Assembly: GCA_963666485.2 (NCBI GenBank)
Contig: CAXXUO010000001.1
Location: 224,001 to 288,000, forward strand
Direction: 5' to 3'
From: Syntrophorhabdaceae bacterium
GTDB lineage: Bacteria > Desulfobacterota > Syntrophorhabdia > Syntrophorhabdales > Syntrophorhabdaceae
DNA: 64,000 bases
In this document: positions 29,737-41,152 of the stretch, piece after piece
How the letters are laid out: every line of letters starts with the position of its first letter
Numbering within the stretch: position 1 is the first letter of the stretch
Translations under genes and position numbers: made by a program
The notes under the pieces: generated by a model
The model's input: the letters and a program-made list of their open reading frames with translations, nothing else
Database searches by the model: none
What the model was told of the DNA's origin: nothing

Positions 29737-30091
29737 CCGTAAGGCGAGAAGCGGCTAACGGCTAACGGCTAACGGCTAACGGCTAACGGAAAAAAACATG
29801 ATCATTGCCGATCGAGAATTGTAAAAAGGTTGGTTGTAACTATTCGTCATTGTGTCCGGGACTAACTTTTTCCCCGTCACCCCGGGCTTGACCCGGGACC
29901 CAAGGTTTTGTTTTTATTTCGTTTTTATTTTTCATTTTGTTCTTAATTTGGTGTGCTAATTATTGCCTGCTGAAAAGAAAAACCTTGGGCCCCGGCTCCT
30001 AGGCCGGGGTGACGGTAGAGAACCGGTTTCGGTTTTTCAGAAGATATCAGACAGGGAAGAGAAGCCGTTAGCCGTTAGCCGTTAGCCGTTA
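29737..30091. repeat. Composite element: (CGGCTAA)5 - inverted CGTC-REP pair - (GCCGTTA)4
   Basis: Arms 29752-29786 and 30064-30091; REPs CCGTCACCCCGG...CCAAGGTTTT at 29874-29909 and inverted copy 29979-30015. Confidence 0.9.
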
Positions 30092-32043
30092 CGCTCTTTC
30101 AGGAACTCGTTGAGCGCCTGCGCCGTATCCACCGGCTGATAGCATGTCGTTCCGGCGCAAGGTATTATTTCGTTTTCCCCGGTATTACTGTATGCAATGA
30201 CCGAATAGGGATAGTATGCGCTGCGGGCTGCCTGCGCAATGTCGGAGCCGGGGTCCGAACGCACGTCGAGTTTTAGCATCCGGAAGAAAGCCTCAAGTGC
30301 GCAGAAAAAATAGCCGCCGTGAATCGACAGGGAACCGGCATCCGGCAGGAAGGCCCGCAAGGATTCCGTCGCGTACGACCTGTAGGCCTCTTCGCCGGAA
30401 ATTGCGGCTAGCTTGAGGAGGACGAGGATCGCGACCGCGTTGGGTGACGGGCGGGGCACGTCTTCGATGCCTTTGAGCCGAAGCCCGATAACTTCCGACT
30501 CCGTGTCGAAGAATCCCCATCCATTCGTATCCCGGAAGCGTTCGAGGCAGATATCGAAAAACCGTTTCGCATCGTGGAAATAGCAGTCTTCCCCCGTTGC
30601 TTCGTAGGCGCTGATAAGCGCTTCACACAGGTAAGCGTAATCCTCGAGCAGGGCCTTCACGCCCTCCGAATGATAAAGTTCATCATCGCGGACATTGACT
30701 GCCAGGACCCTGTTGAGGGCAGCAATTGCCCTGTCGAGCACATGCGGGTCGCCGAACGTTCTGTACGCCTTGAGGTATGCGGATATCATCATACCGTTCA
30801 GGGACGTATACAGGGCTGTGTCAATGTACGGTTTCTGCCTCTTTTCCCGCTCCGCGAGCAGTTTCTGCTTCCCGGATGCGAGCAGGGCCTTCAGTTCGGA
30901 TACAGGTTTGTCCATCTTAAGGGCAATATCCCCGACATTCCCGACGACGGAAAGGACGACCTTGTTCGGGGCATGGTGCACGGCATTGCGCGGGTTGAAC
31001 AGGTGCCGTGAGCATACCTCGAATTCTTCGCCGGACAGTGTTTTCTCGAGTTCTTCCCGGGTCCACGTGAAATAGCCGCCTTCATCATCCGGGGTCACGT
31101 CCGCGTCCATGCTGGCATAAAAGCCGCCTGACGGATCGGACAGTTCCTTATCGACAAAATCGATGATGCCGTCCGCGACATCCTTGAAATAGCCATCGCC
31201 GAAGATCCGGAACGCGTCGCAATAGTTCCTGAGGAGCCAGGCGTTATCGTCCGTCATCTTCTCGAAATGGGGCACGCCCCATGCCTGGTCTGTTGAATAA
31301 CGGTGGAAGCCCCCTCCTATCTGATCATGGAATCCCCCCGATGCCATGGCATACAGGGTTTTTTTGAGGGCGGCGGCGATCGTTTCATTCCCGGAGATGA
31401 CGTATCTGCCGAGGAGAAACTCGAGGGCGCCCGGCATCGGAAATTTCGGCGCTGACCCGAAGCCGCCGTGCACCTTGTCGACGGAAGCAAGCATCCGTTC
31501 ACCAGCCGAATCGATGAAGTCCGTCGAAAGGGTCCCTTTCGGTCCGCCATCGGATCTCAGTGCATCGATGAACAGCGCGCTCTGCTCCTCGATCTCATCC
31601 CGCCTTTCCTTGTAATACTGGCTTATCGCGGTGAGGACCATAGAAAAAGACGGCATGCCGAAGCTTTCGACGGGCGGGAAATAGGTGCCGCCAAAAAAAG
31701 GTTTTTTCTCGGGGGTCAGAAAAACGCTGAGCGGCCAGCCTCCGCTCCGTCCCATTGCAGCAACTGCCTGCTGGTACCGGCGGTCGATATCGGGGCGCTC
31801 GTCGCGGTCAAGCTTTATCGCGACAAAGTTCTCGTTCATGATCTGCGCAATGAAATCGTCCTCGAAGCTTTCCTTCGCCATGACGTGGCACCAGTGGCAC
31901 CAGATCGCGCCCGAGCTCAAGAACACCGGCTTGTTCTCCCGGGCCGCCTTTTCGAATGCCTCCTCCGACCATGGATGCCAGTCGATCTTCTGGTTCGCGG
32001 CATGCCTCAGGTACGCGGATTTTTCATTGACCAGCCTGTTCAT
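30082..32043 (-). CDS. YyaL/DUF255 thioredoxin-domain plus six-hairpin glycosidase-like protein
   Basis: [45 protein letters not shown]. Confidence 0.93.
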   Translation of the reverse strand: MNRLVNEKSAYLRHAANQKIDWHPWSEEAFEKAARENKPVFLSSGAIWCHWCHVMAKESFEDDFIAQIMNENFVAIKLDRDERPDIDRRYQQAVAAMGRSGGWPLSVFLTPEKKPFFGGTYFPPVESFGMPSFSMVLTAISQYYKERRDEIEEQSALFIDALRSDGGPKGTLSTDFIDSAGERMLASVDKVHGGFGSAPKFPMPGALEFLLGRYVISGNETIAAALKKTLYAMASGGFHDQIGGGFHRYSTDQAWGVPHFEKMTDDNAWLLRNYCDAFRIFGDGYFKDVADGIIDFVDKELSDPSGGFYASMDADVTPDDEGGYFTWTREELEKTLSGEEFEVCSRHLFNPRNAVHHAPNKVVLSVVGNVGDIALKMDKPVSELKALLASGKQKLLAEREKRQKPYIDTALYTSLNGMMISAYLKAYRTFGDPHVLDRAIAALNRVLAVNVRDDELYHSEGVKALLEDYAYLCEALISAYEATGEDCYFHDAKRFFDICLERFRDTNGWGFFDTESEVIGLRLKGIEDVPRPSPNAVAILVLLKLAAISGEEAYRSYATESLRAFLPDAGSLSIHGGYFFCALEAFFRMLKLDVRSDPGSDIAQAARSAYYPYSVIAYSNTGENEIIPCAGTTCYQPVDTAQALNEFLKERNG

Positions 32044-32123
32044 GCTTTATTGTCCTCCTGGAAATATGGTGACCACATACGCAGTATCAGCATAAATAAA
32101 TAGGATGTCAATGATGAAAAGAC

Positions 32124-32211
32124 CGTTCTACGTTCCGCGTTCTACGTTCTACGTCAAGAAAATACCCGGTTTGGTTTTTAACGTAGAACGTAGAACCTAG
32201 AACGTAGAACA
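32124..32211. repeat. Inverted heptamer arrays (CGTTCTA)4 / (TAGAACN)4 overlapping the ahbD 3' end
   Basis: Left 32124-32151 (one degenerate unit), right 32184-32211; ahbD TAG lies inside the array. Confidence 0.9.
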
Positions 32212-33210
32212 ATATGAACAAAGCGGTTCTGCTTCGAGAAAGTTCCCCGTCGCCTCGAAGGCGCGGGCACGGCATCCGCCGCAGATCTTTATGTAACGGC
32301 ATCCGCCGCATTTGCCGCGATAGGATGATAGGTCGCGAAGGCTGCGGTATATTTCGGAGTCTTCCCAGACTTTTTGCACACCCTTCTCGCGCACGCTGCC
32401 GCAGTTGATCTCGAGGTATCCGCAGGGCTGGGCCTCACCGCGGTGCGAGATGAACATGAAGCTTTTTCCCGCAAGGCAGCCGGCGCTTGAGGGGGTACCC
32501 CCATCCTCGGTTACGATCCGATAATAATGCGGCGCGCAGGTGACTTTTATCTCGAGCTCATTTCGTGTTTCGATCCGGCGCAGATGATGCAGCACATCCT
32601 CGTAATTACCGGCTGATAACTCTTTTCCTTTGAGTCCCCGGCCCCTTCCCACGGGGACGAGAAGGAAAACGTGCCAGGCAACGGCGCCGATCGATCGGGC
32701 GAGCGAATATATGTCATCTATCTCATTGACATTAAGCGCGGTAACGGTTGTGTTGACCTGAAAAGGCAGACCTGCCTCCAGGAGAATGCGCGCGGCACGT
32801 GTTACGGCATCGAAAGAGCCCGATACCCCGCGGAAAGAATCGTGGCTTTCCCGGTCCTTCCCGTCAATGCTGAGGCTCACCCTGCGTATCCCGGAGGCCC
32901 TAAGCCGCGCCGCGATAGTTTCATCAAGGAGTGTCCCGTTGATGGCTATCACCATGCGCAGACCTTTTTTCTCCCCGTACTCGATAATGTCGAAAAGATC
33001 GGGCCTCATGAGCGGCTCGCCACCGGTGAGGATGACCGTCGGGGTGGAAAAACCCGTGATCTCATCGATGATCGTTCTGCACTCGGCGGTCGACAGCTCG
33101 CCCTCATGGGGGCCGTTGGCGGCCGAAGCGCGGCAATGGATACACGCGAGATTACAGTTGCGCGTGAGCTCCCACGCGACCATCCTTAAAGGGTATGTTC
33201 TTTCGCCCAT
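32197..33210 (-). CDS. ahbD: Radical SAM/SPASM heme b synthase (NirJ2-type)
   Basis: LRMVAWELTRNCNLACIHCRA, KVTCAPHYYR, GCLAG, CGGCRARA; next to hemB. Confidence 0.85.
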   Translation of the reverse strand: MGERTYPLRMVAWELTRNCNLACIHCRASAANGPHEGELSTAECRTIIDEITGFSTPTVILTGGEPLMRPDLFDIIEYGEKKGLRMVIAINGTLLDETIAARLRASGIRRVSLSIDGKDRESHDSFRGVSGSFDAVTRAARILLEAGLPFQVNTTVTALNVNEIDDIYSLARSIGAVAWHVFLLVPVGRGRGLKGKELSAGNYEDVLHHLRRIETRNELEIKVTCAPHYYRIVTEDGGTPSSAGCLAGKSFMFISHRGEAQPCGYLEINCGSVREKGVQKVWEDSEIYRSLRDLSSYRGKCGGCRYIKICGGCRARAFEATGNFLEAEPLCSYCSTF

Positions 33211-34172
33211 CTGCACAGGTCTTTCGCAAAATATGTGATCACTATATCGGCACCCGCACGCCGGATGCTCGTTGTCGACTCTAAGACGGCCCTCTTGTAA
33301 TCCAGCCAGCCTTTTTCGGCCGCGAGCTTTATCATGGCGTATTCACCGCTGACGCTGTATGCAGCGAGAGGGTAATCGAACCGTTCCCTCGCGCTCTTGA
33401 GAATATCGAGATAGAACAGGGCAGGCTTAACCATGATTATATCGGCGCCTTCCTCTATATCGAGTTCCATTTCCCTTAAGGCCTCGCGTGCATTCGGGGG
33501 GTCCATCTGGTAGGACTTGCGGTCGCCGAACTGCGGGGCCGATTCCGCCGCATCCCGGAACGGTCCGTAAAGGCATGACGCATACTTGGCAGAATATGCC
33601 ATGATCGGGACGTTGTAGTCCCCGTGGAGATCGAGGATCTCCCTCACCGCGTGTATCCTTCCATCCATCATGTCGGACGGCGCCACCATGTCGGCACCCG
33701 CGATAACGTGCGACAGGGCGCTGCGTGCAAGGAGTTTCACCGATTCATCGTTGTCGACGTACCCGTCCTTTATCACGCCGCAATGGCCATGGCTCGTATA
33801 TTCGCACATGCATACGTCGGTGATGACAAGGATGTCATCGCTGAAACGGCTTTTAATGCCCCGCACCGTGCGCTGGACGATCCCATTTTTATCATACGCA
33901 CCACTGCCGGTCTCGTCCTTTTTTTCGGGTATCCCGAATACCAGGATGGTCCGCACACCGGCTTTGAGGGCAACCTCGATCTCTCCCAGGACGCCATCCG
34001 GAGAAAACTGGCTGATGCCCGGCATGGACTCAACGGGCACTTCACGCTCGTTCATTTCCTTGACAAAGACGGGGTATACGAGCGCGTCCGGCGCGATCGC
34101 CGTCTCACGGACCATGCCCCTCAAGAGGTCATTTTTTCTCAGCCTTCTCGGTCGATGGGTGGGATAATACAT
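33186..34172 (-). CDS. hemB: Porphobilinogen synthase
   Basis: RPRRLR, DVCMCEYTSHGHCG, APSDMMDGR, MVKPA, VSGEY. Confidence 0.98.
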   Translation of the reverse strand: MYYPTHRPRRLRKNDLLRGMVRETAIAPDALVYPVFVKEMNEREVPVESMPGISQFSPDGVLGEIEVALKAGVRTILVFGIPEKKDETGSGAYDKNGIVQRTVRGIKSRFSDDILVITDVCMCEYTSHGHCGVIKDGYVDNDESVKLLARSALSHVIAGADMVAPSDMMDGRIHAVREILDLHGDYNVPIMAYSAKYASCLYGPFRDAAESAPQFGDRKSYQMDPPNAREALREMELDIEEGADIIMVKPALFYLDILKSARERFDYPLAAYSVSGEYAMIKLAAEKGWLDYKRAVLESTTSIRRAGADIVITYFAKDLCRWAKEHTL

Positions 34173-34212
34173 GGTACCCTCCTTAAAAGGACGTGGTATT
34201 CCCGGTCTTTTA

Positions 34213-35394
34213 TCACGCTATTTCAGTATCGGTCAGGTAGCATTGCGGGTCGTGCGCCCACAGGTCGCCCGCTGCCGCCTCCGCCCTGACACGGAAGTTG
34301 CCGGCACACACATCGAGCCACCTGCACCCGGCGCAGCGGCCGTGCACGTGTTTCTTCTTTTCCTTGAGCTTCGCCATGACCGGGTTTGCGAGGTCCGTCC
34401 AGATCGCGCTGAACGGGCGTTCCCGGACATTGCCGAAGCTTAAATGCCTCCAGAACTGATCGGCGTGAACATTGCCTTTTTCATCGATGCAGGCGATCCC
34501 GACCCCGGAGGAATTTCCCTCGTTCATCCTGAGAAGTTCGAGTACTTCGGACGCCCGCCGGGGATCTTCTTTAAGGAGTCTCAGGTAAATAAAAGGCCCG
34601 TCGGCGTGATTGTCCACGGTCAGGACCTCCGGCGAAAAACCCCTGTCAAAGAGGGATTTTGTCCGGTCCATGATAAGGTTCACGACGCGGCGGCTTTCCT
34701 CGTGGTCCAGATCTTCCTCGATAAGCTTTGATCCCCTGCCCGCATAAACAAGGTGATAAAAACAGATCCGCGGGATATTTTCCGTTTCCAGGAGATCGAA
34801 GATCTTCGGTATCTCCTCGACGTTCCTCTTGTTGATGGTGAAGCGAAGGCCCACTTTTATCCCCGCTTCGCGCGCGTTCCGGATCCCTTCGATCGCCTTC
34901 GCGAATGCCCCGGCAACCCCCCGGAATCTGTCATTGACCTCCTGCAAACCATCAAGGCTCACCCCGATGTACGACAGGTTGCACCGTGCAAAGACCCGCG
35001 CCTTGTCGGGCGTGATCAGCGTCCCGTTCGTCGATATAACGGCCCGCAATCCTTTCTTCACGGCATAGTCGATAAGGTCGGGAAGGTCTTCCCGGAGCAA
35101 CGGCTCGCCGCCCGAGAATAAAATGACCGGTGAACCGAAATTTGCCAGGTCATCGATGAGCGCCCTGCCCTCATCTGTCGACAGTTCGTCCCCTTTGTAA
35201 TTCTCATCTTGCGCAAATGCATAGCAGTGGACACAGCGGAGGTTGCACCTCCTCGTCATGTTCCAGACGACAACGGGTTTTTTATCGCGCGAGAACTGCA
35301 GGAGATGCGAGGGAAGCCGGGAGGAATCCCTGCCGTAGCGCAGCGGGTCCGATGCCTCGACCGCCCCGCAATAAAGCTTCGATATTCCGATCAT
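34213..35394 (-). CDS. ahbC: Radical SAM 12,18-didecarboxysiroheme deacetylase (NirJ1-type)
   Basis: MIGISKLYCG, KKPVVVWNMTRRCNLRCVHCY, VLTVDNHADG, GNSSG. Confidence 0.9.
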   Translation of the reverse strand: MIGISKLYCGAVEASDPLRYGRDSSRLPSHLLQFSRDKKPVVVWNMTRRCNLRCVHCYAFAQDENYKGDELSTDEGRALIDDLANFGSPVILFSGGEPLLREDLPDLIDYAVKKGLRAVISTNGTLITPDKARVFARCNLSYIGVSLDGLQEVNDRFRGVAGAFAKAIEGIRNAREAGIKVGLRFTINKRNVEEIPKIFDLLETENIPRICFYHLVYAGRGSKLIEEDLDHEESRRVVNLIMDRTKSLFDRGFSPEVLTVDNHADGPFIYLRLLKEDPRRASEVLELLRMNEGNSSGVGIACIDEKGNVHADQFWRHLSFGNVRERPFSAIWTDLANPVMAKLKEKKKHVHGRCAGCRWLDVCAGNFRVRAEAAAGDLWAHDPQCYLTDTEIA

Positions 35395-35464
35395 AACGTC
35401 ATATTGTGGCCTTAAAACGCCGAAAAGTCAACGGTGTACACCGCATGCAAACATCCCGTAATTA

Positions 35465-35493
35465 TTGAATTGAGATATTTTCTGTGCTATGCT
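35465..35493 (+). promoter_or_regulatory. sigma70 promoter of tRNA-Pro
   Basis: TTGAAT-17 nt-TATGCT with TGn extension. Confidence 0.55.
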
Positions 35494-35503
35494 TGACCCT
35501 GTT

Positions 35504-35582
35504 CGGGGCGTGGCGCAGCATGGTTTAGCGCGCTTGCCTTGGGAGCAAGAGGTCGCTGGTTCAAATCCAGTCGCCCCGACCA
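35504..35582 (+). tRNA. tRNA-Pro (TGG)
   Basis: CGGGGCG/CGCCCCG acceptor stem, CTTGC-CTTGGGA-GCAAG anticodon arm, GGTTCAAATCC, encoded CCA. Confidence 0.97.
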
Positions 35583-35590
35583 TAAAAGAC

Positions 35591-35622
35591 CGTTCCACGT
35601 TCCACGTTTCAAAGTTCCACGT
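35591..35622 (+). repeat. CGTTCCA-type heptamer array just after the tRNA CCA
   Basis: TAAAAGAC-CGTTCCA-CGTTCCA-CGTTTCA-AAGTTCCA-CGT. Confidence 0.8.
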
Positions 35623-35969
35623 AAAGACAAAAAACTTAGGGCGCACGGCGGCCCCGTCTCCAGAACTTCTGGGGGGAACTGCTTGACGATACCTGCCGGC
35701 AAAACATCCGCAATGACGTAGATATGAGCGATCATGACTTTCCAGGTCCTCGCTTCCTTTGCTAAATCCCTTACATTTACATTGTTGACCTGTTGAATGA
35801 AATATAGGTTACAGAAGTTTGCCGTCAACGTTCCGGAAAGAGTGCGTGGGACCGTAAAAGGTCGCAGGGCAAGGCTTTCCGTCACCGGGCTGTTTGGGAT
35901 AGCGGCGGTAATTATTATAATGAAGTAGGACGAGATCTTTCCTGAGCGGGAGTTAAGGAGAAAACACGC

Positions 35970-36983
35970 ATGGATACTATTTACAGACTATTGTACACCA
36001 TCGGGTACCATCATCCGCTGCACCCCGCCATGACGCATATACCCGTCGGCCTCATTATCGGCGCATTCATCCTTGCCATCCTCAGCCTTGCATTCCATCG
36101 TGACAACATGGCCCGGGCGGCCAAATCCTGTGCCGTGATCGCCCTCGTATCCATCTTTCCCACAGCGTTCCTCGGTATAATGGACTGGCAGCATTATTTT
36201 GCCGGGGGATGGATCTATCCCGTCGAGATAAAGATCGTACTGGCATCGCTGCTTGTCATTATCCTTTGCATGGCCGCCATAATCCTGCGCAACGGGCCTG
36301 CATCGACTAAAGCCGTTGTCATGTGCGGGTTGTCCTCCCTGATCGCGCTGGGGCTGGGTTATTTCGGAGGGCAGCTCGTATACACGGGCAGGGTCCCGGC
36401 GGCATCGCCGGGGTTTGAAAAAGGGGCGTACCTGTTCCGTGCGAACTGCAGCGGCTGCCATCCCTATGGCGGCAACATCGTGGACCGCGATGCTATTCTC
36501 ACCGGATCGCCCGAGTTAAGGGACCTCAAGGCATTCGTCCGTTTTATCAGGGACCCGCGCCTGGACAATGGTAAAAGGGGACCCATGCCCGTTTTCACAC
36601 GATCGAGGATCCCGGATGCCGAGGCGCAGGTTTTATGGGCCTATCTTTCGGACGCCGTGGGACCTAAGAAAGGGGTCCCGGGTGAAGTGCAGGTACCCGA
36701 CATCACGGTCAGGACCGCTTCCGGAAGCGTTAAAAACGGGGCAAAACTCTTCAAAGCAAATTGCAGCGGATGCCACACTGTCGAAAGCACCGAAACCATC
36801 ATCGGGCCGGGGTTGAAAGGTATACTAAAGAGGCAATTATTACCTGTAAGCGGCCGCCCGGCCTCGCCGGCCAACATCTATCGCCAGTTAAAGGCCCCGT
36901 ATAAAGAGATGCCATCTTTCTCAACAAAATTGACCGACGACCAGGTACTGGATATTATTGCGTATTTAAATACCCTGTCATGA
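35970..36983 (+). CDS. Membrane-anchored diheme c-type cytochrome with DUF2231-like N-terminal membrane domain
   Basis: HPLHPAMTHIPVG plus about 4 TM; two ANCSGCH motifs with distal GPMP / EMP; AAGGAG RBS. Confidence 0.85.
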   Translation: MDTIYRLLYTIGYHHPLHPAMTHIPVGLIIGAFILAILSLAFHRDNMARAAKSCAVIALVSIFPTAFLGIMDWQHYFAGGWIYPVEIKIVLASLLVIILCMAAIILRNGPASTKAVVMCGLSSLIALGLGYFGGQLVYTGRVPAASPGFEKGAYLFRANCSGCHPYGGNIVDRDAILTGSPELRDLKAFVRFIRDPRLDNGKRGPMPVFTRSRIPDAEAQVLWAYLSDAVGPKKGVPGEVQVPDITVRTASGSVKNGAKLFKANCSGCHTVESTETIIGPGLKGILKRQLLPVSGRPASPANIYRQLKAPYKEMPSFSTKLTDDQVLDIIAYLNTLS

Positions 36984-37014
36984 GGGGGGTAGGCAGGCCC
37001 CTTTCTTGCTTTTG

Positions 37015-37042
37015 CGTTGAACGGTTGAACGGTTGAACGGTT
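37015..37042. repeat. Octamer array (CGGTTGAA) after the nitroreductase stop
   Basis: Minus strand TAA AAAA CCGTTCAA CCGTTCAA CCGTTCAA CG. Confidence 0.75.
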
Positions 37043-37044
37043 TT

Positions 37045-37698
37045 TTAATCTATCCAGTGCACGAAGTTGCTGACATCATCCCTTGGCGAGGTAAATTCAT
37101 TGATCGGGACCGAGTCATCACGGTAGCCGAGGGCAAGGCCGATGACGACGTCCTTATTGTCGGGGATGTTGAGCATGTCTTTGATGTCGTCCTCATAGGC
37201 ATTAATGAGCCCGATGGGGCATGTTGAAAAACCGAAATTGTGCGCGATCAGGACAAAATATCCGAGCGCTATGCCGATATCGACGAGGCGCGCCTCGGAG
37301 AACGCGTTGTCAAGGCACATGATGACCGCCGTGGGCGCACCGTAGAAGTTGCAGCTTCCCTCGTTAACGAAGCAGTTGAAATCAATTCCCATCTTTTCAA
37401 GGTACGGGTTCATCAATATGAAGGATTCGGCCCCTCTTTTGTTGAATTCGGCAGAAAGCGGCTTGACATTGCCGGGACTGCAGGATATCTGTTTCTCCCG
37501 GTAAAGCTTTACCAGGCGGCGGCTTAACCGTGCCTTTTCCTCACCCATGACAACGTAGAATTCCCAGGGCTGGAGATTGATGGCGGAGGGAGCGCGGACG
37601 ACCAGTTTGAGCATTTCCTCTATCTGTTCCCTGCTGACAGGGTCGGGCTTGAACCCCCTGATGCTTTTTCTCGTTCTTATTGCTTCAAGCAGGTCCAT
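37045..37698 (-). CDS. Nitroreductase family protein
   Basis: AIRTRKSIRGF, APSAINLQPW, FYGAP, ALGY; AGGAGG RBS. Confidence 0.92.
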   Translation of the reverse strand: MDLLEAIRTRKSIRGFKPDPVSREQIEEMLKLVVRAPSAINLQPWEFYVVMGEEKARLSRRLVKLYREKQISCSPGNVKPLSAEFNKRGAESFILMNPYLEKMGIDFNCFVNEGSCNFYGAPTAVIMCLDNAFSEARLVDIGIALGYFVLIAHNFGFSTCPIGLINAYEDDIKDMLNIPDNKDVVIGLALGYRDDSVPINEFTSPRDDVSNFVHWID

Positions 37699-37730
37699 TG
37701 ATGACCTCCTCCAGGTTGATGTGCTCAATT

Positions 37731-38429
37731 TTACACTGCAAATTCCGTCTCCCTCTTCGACACTGTGAGTATATCCCGATGAATGATCCTTCCGTACTCA
37801 TTGACAAGAATGCTCTCCGCCAGGTCCCTGACCACCTGTTCGCACAGCCAGGAGGGCAGACCGTCCATCACATGGACCGTAAGCATCGCGATGGTAGTGT
37901 CGCTCTCTAACCGGTCCTTGTTCGAATGTTTCCACACCCACCGCCGGGTCAATGCCTCTCTCTCATCCCTGTAGATGACTTCGTCCTTTTCCGCTGTTTC
38001 CTGTTCCCCCATATCGATCGGCACGAAGGTCTCTGTCCCGTCGGAAAATGTCAGGCGGATGTCGCCGTCGACCGCATTGATCGCGTGGCCGCCGATAGGG
38101 ACAAGATATTTCAGGGACAGGGCATTGCAAAGATCCATGATCGGGTTGAAGCGGGGGAAAGGCCCGCCTTTCAGTGCACGCCGGAGCAGGGATTCGAGAG
38201 AACTGGGATACTTCGACAGGGAGATCCCCATTTTTTTATAGGCTTCACGCCAGGCCTTTACGTTCGGGTGGTCCTGCGGCCTTTCAAAAGAGAAATGGAC
38301 TGTCAGATCGTCTACGACATCTTCCAGCCCATCTTCTCCGTACCTTATATTATCGATCTCACAAACAATCACACCGACCTGCAATGCAGGAAAAAGGCTG
38401 AAGAGCCTTTCATCGATGGTGAAGAACAT
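37731..38429 (-). CDS. Stand-alone B3/4 (PheRS-beta editing-like) domain protein
   Basis: AWREAY, SSLESLLRR, NP.MDLCNALSLKY.VPIGG, EVIYRD. Confidence 0.85.
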   Translation of the reverse strand: MFFTIDERLFSLFPALQVGVIVCEIDNIRYGEDGLEDVVDDLTVHFSFERPQDHPNVKAWREAYKKMGISLSKYPSSLESLLRRALKGGPFPRFNPIMDLCNALSLKYLVPIGGHAINAVDGDIRLTFSDGTETFVPIDMGEQETAEKDEVIYRDEREALTRRWVWKHSNKDRLESDTTIAMLTVHVMDGLPSWLCEQVVRDLAESILVNEYGRIIHRDILTVSKRETEFAV

Positions 38430-38830
38430 TATAATTTTTTGCCAGCTACGCCAATTCGGGCTATAGCCCGAAGAAGAGCCATTTCCATCATCTTATATTC
38501 TGCCTGGTCGTAGGTCAGGGATTTCAGCAGTTCTTCGGCTCTCTCCTGCGCCTTCTTTGCCCGTATGACATCAATGTCCTGCGCGCGTTCAGCCGTATCG
38601 ACAAGCAGGGTGACCTTATCCTCGACGACCTCGGCAAACCCGCCGCTTGACGCCAGGTAGACGGTCTCGTTACCCTTCTTGTACCGTATTTCGCCTATTT
38701 TAAGGACAGTAAGGAACTGCGTGTGGCCGGGCATGATGCCGAATTCGCCTTCAGTGCCGGTGGCCTCCAACACATCGACCTCGTCCTTGACAATTGTCTT
38801 CTCAGGGGTAACTATCTCAAGACTGAGCAT
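38429..38830 (-). CDS. atpC: ATP synthase epsilon subunit
   Basis: LEIVTPE, GEFGIMPGH, GGFAEV. Confidence 0.96.
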   Translation of the reverse strand: MLSLEIVTPEKTIVKDEVDVLEATGTEGEFGIMPGHTQFLTVLKIGEIRYKKGNETVYLASSGGFAEVVEDKVTLLVDTAERAQDIDVIRAKKAQERAEELLKSLTYDQAEYKMMEMALLRAIARIGVAGKKL

Positions 38831-38833
38831 GTA

Positions 38834-40255
<1,422 letters not shown>

Positions 40256-40272
40256 CTATCTTCCTCCTTGGA

Positions 40273-41133
40273 TTATTGGCCTCGTAACGCCTCGGCGCCG
40301 CCGACGATGTCCAGCATCTCGTTGGTTATGCCTTCCTGACGTCTCTTATTGTAAACCAGGGTGAGGTACCTGACCATTTCACCGCAGTTGCTCGTCGCAT
40401 TTTCCATTGCGCTCATCCGGGCCGCATGTTCGGATGTCTGGGACTCGACCAGGGCATAATATATCTTTGTACTGATGTACCGCGGAATGAGAGTGCCGAC
40501 AATTTCCGTGCGTGCCGGTTCGCTGATGTAATCGATGTATTCCAGGTCCTCGGGCGTCTTGATGGGGATGAACTCATCAAAGACCACGCGCTGCTTTACC
40601 GCGGATTCAAAGTACGTATAGGAAAGGTAAACCTTATCAAATTCCCCGGTCAGGTATAATTCGATGATATCTGCCGCAACGACATCGACCAGGTCCTGGT
40701 CCACCTTCTTGACGTCGACCCAGTCTTTAACGATGTCGTGTTTCCTCTTGGCGAGGTAATCGCGGATCTTCCGCCCGAAGACATAGACCCCGATCCTTTC
40801 ATAATTCGGATGATTCATCCGTACGAAATTCTCCGCTGCCAGGGAAACGTTAACGTTGAAGCCGCCGCAGAGCCCGCGGTCCGACCCGATCGAAACAATG
40901 AGGACCTTCTTGATCTCTTCCCGCGTGGCGAGAAGCGGATGGGCGTCCTCGGGCATGTTCATGACGACCCTGCCCGTCAATTCTTCCATCTTGATCGCGT
41001 AGTCCTTGATCTTCTCGAGGTCGGTCTGGGCGCGCCTGAGCTTCGAGGCGGAGACCATCTTCATGGTCCTCGTGATGGTCTGCGTGCTGTTGACGCTGCT
41101 TATCTTGCGTTTTATCTCTCGTAACGTGGCCAC
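40273..41133 (-). CDS. atpG: ATP synthase gamma subunit
   Basis: ITRTMKMVSASK, DRGLCG, ARMSAM, RQ.GITNE. Confidence 0.98.
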   Translation of the reverse strand: MATLREIKRKISSVNSTQTITRTMKMVSASKLRRAQTDLEKIKDYAIKMEELTGRVVMNMPEDAHPLLATREEIKKVLIVSIGSDRGLCGGFNVNVSLAAENFVRMNHPNYERIGVYVFGRKIRDYLAKRKHDIVKDWVDVKKVDQDLVDVVAADIIELYLTGEFDKVYLSYTYFESAVKQRVVFDEFIPIKTPEDLEYIDYISEPARTEIVGTLIPRYISTKIYYALVESQTSEHAARMSAMENATSNCGEMVRYLTLVYNKRRQEGITNEMLDIVGGAEALRGQ

Positions 41134-41152
41134 TTAAAGCTCCCTTACTCGA

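Noticed and set aside
35591..35622. parS sites (GTTCCACGT resembles a half-site)
   Set aside because: Tandem half-sites only; no full TGTTNCACGTGAAACA palindrome found
35487..35885. 132-aa minus-strand ORF
   Set aside because: Overlaps the tRNA and repeat antisense, no recognisable motif
35583..37040. Integrative element at tRNA-Pro
   Set aside because: No integrase and no repeat of the tRNA 3' end seen
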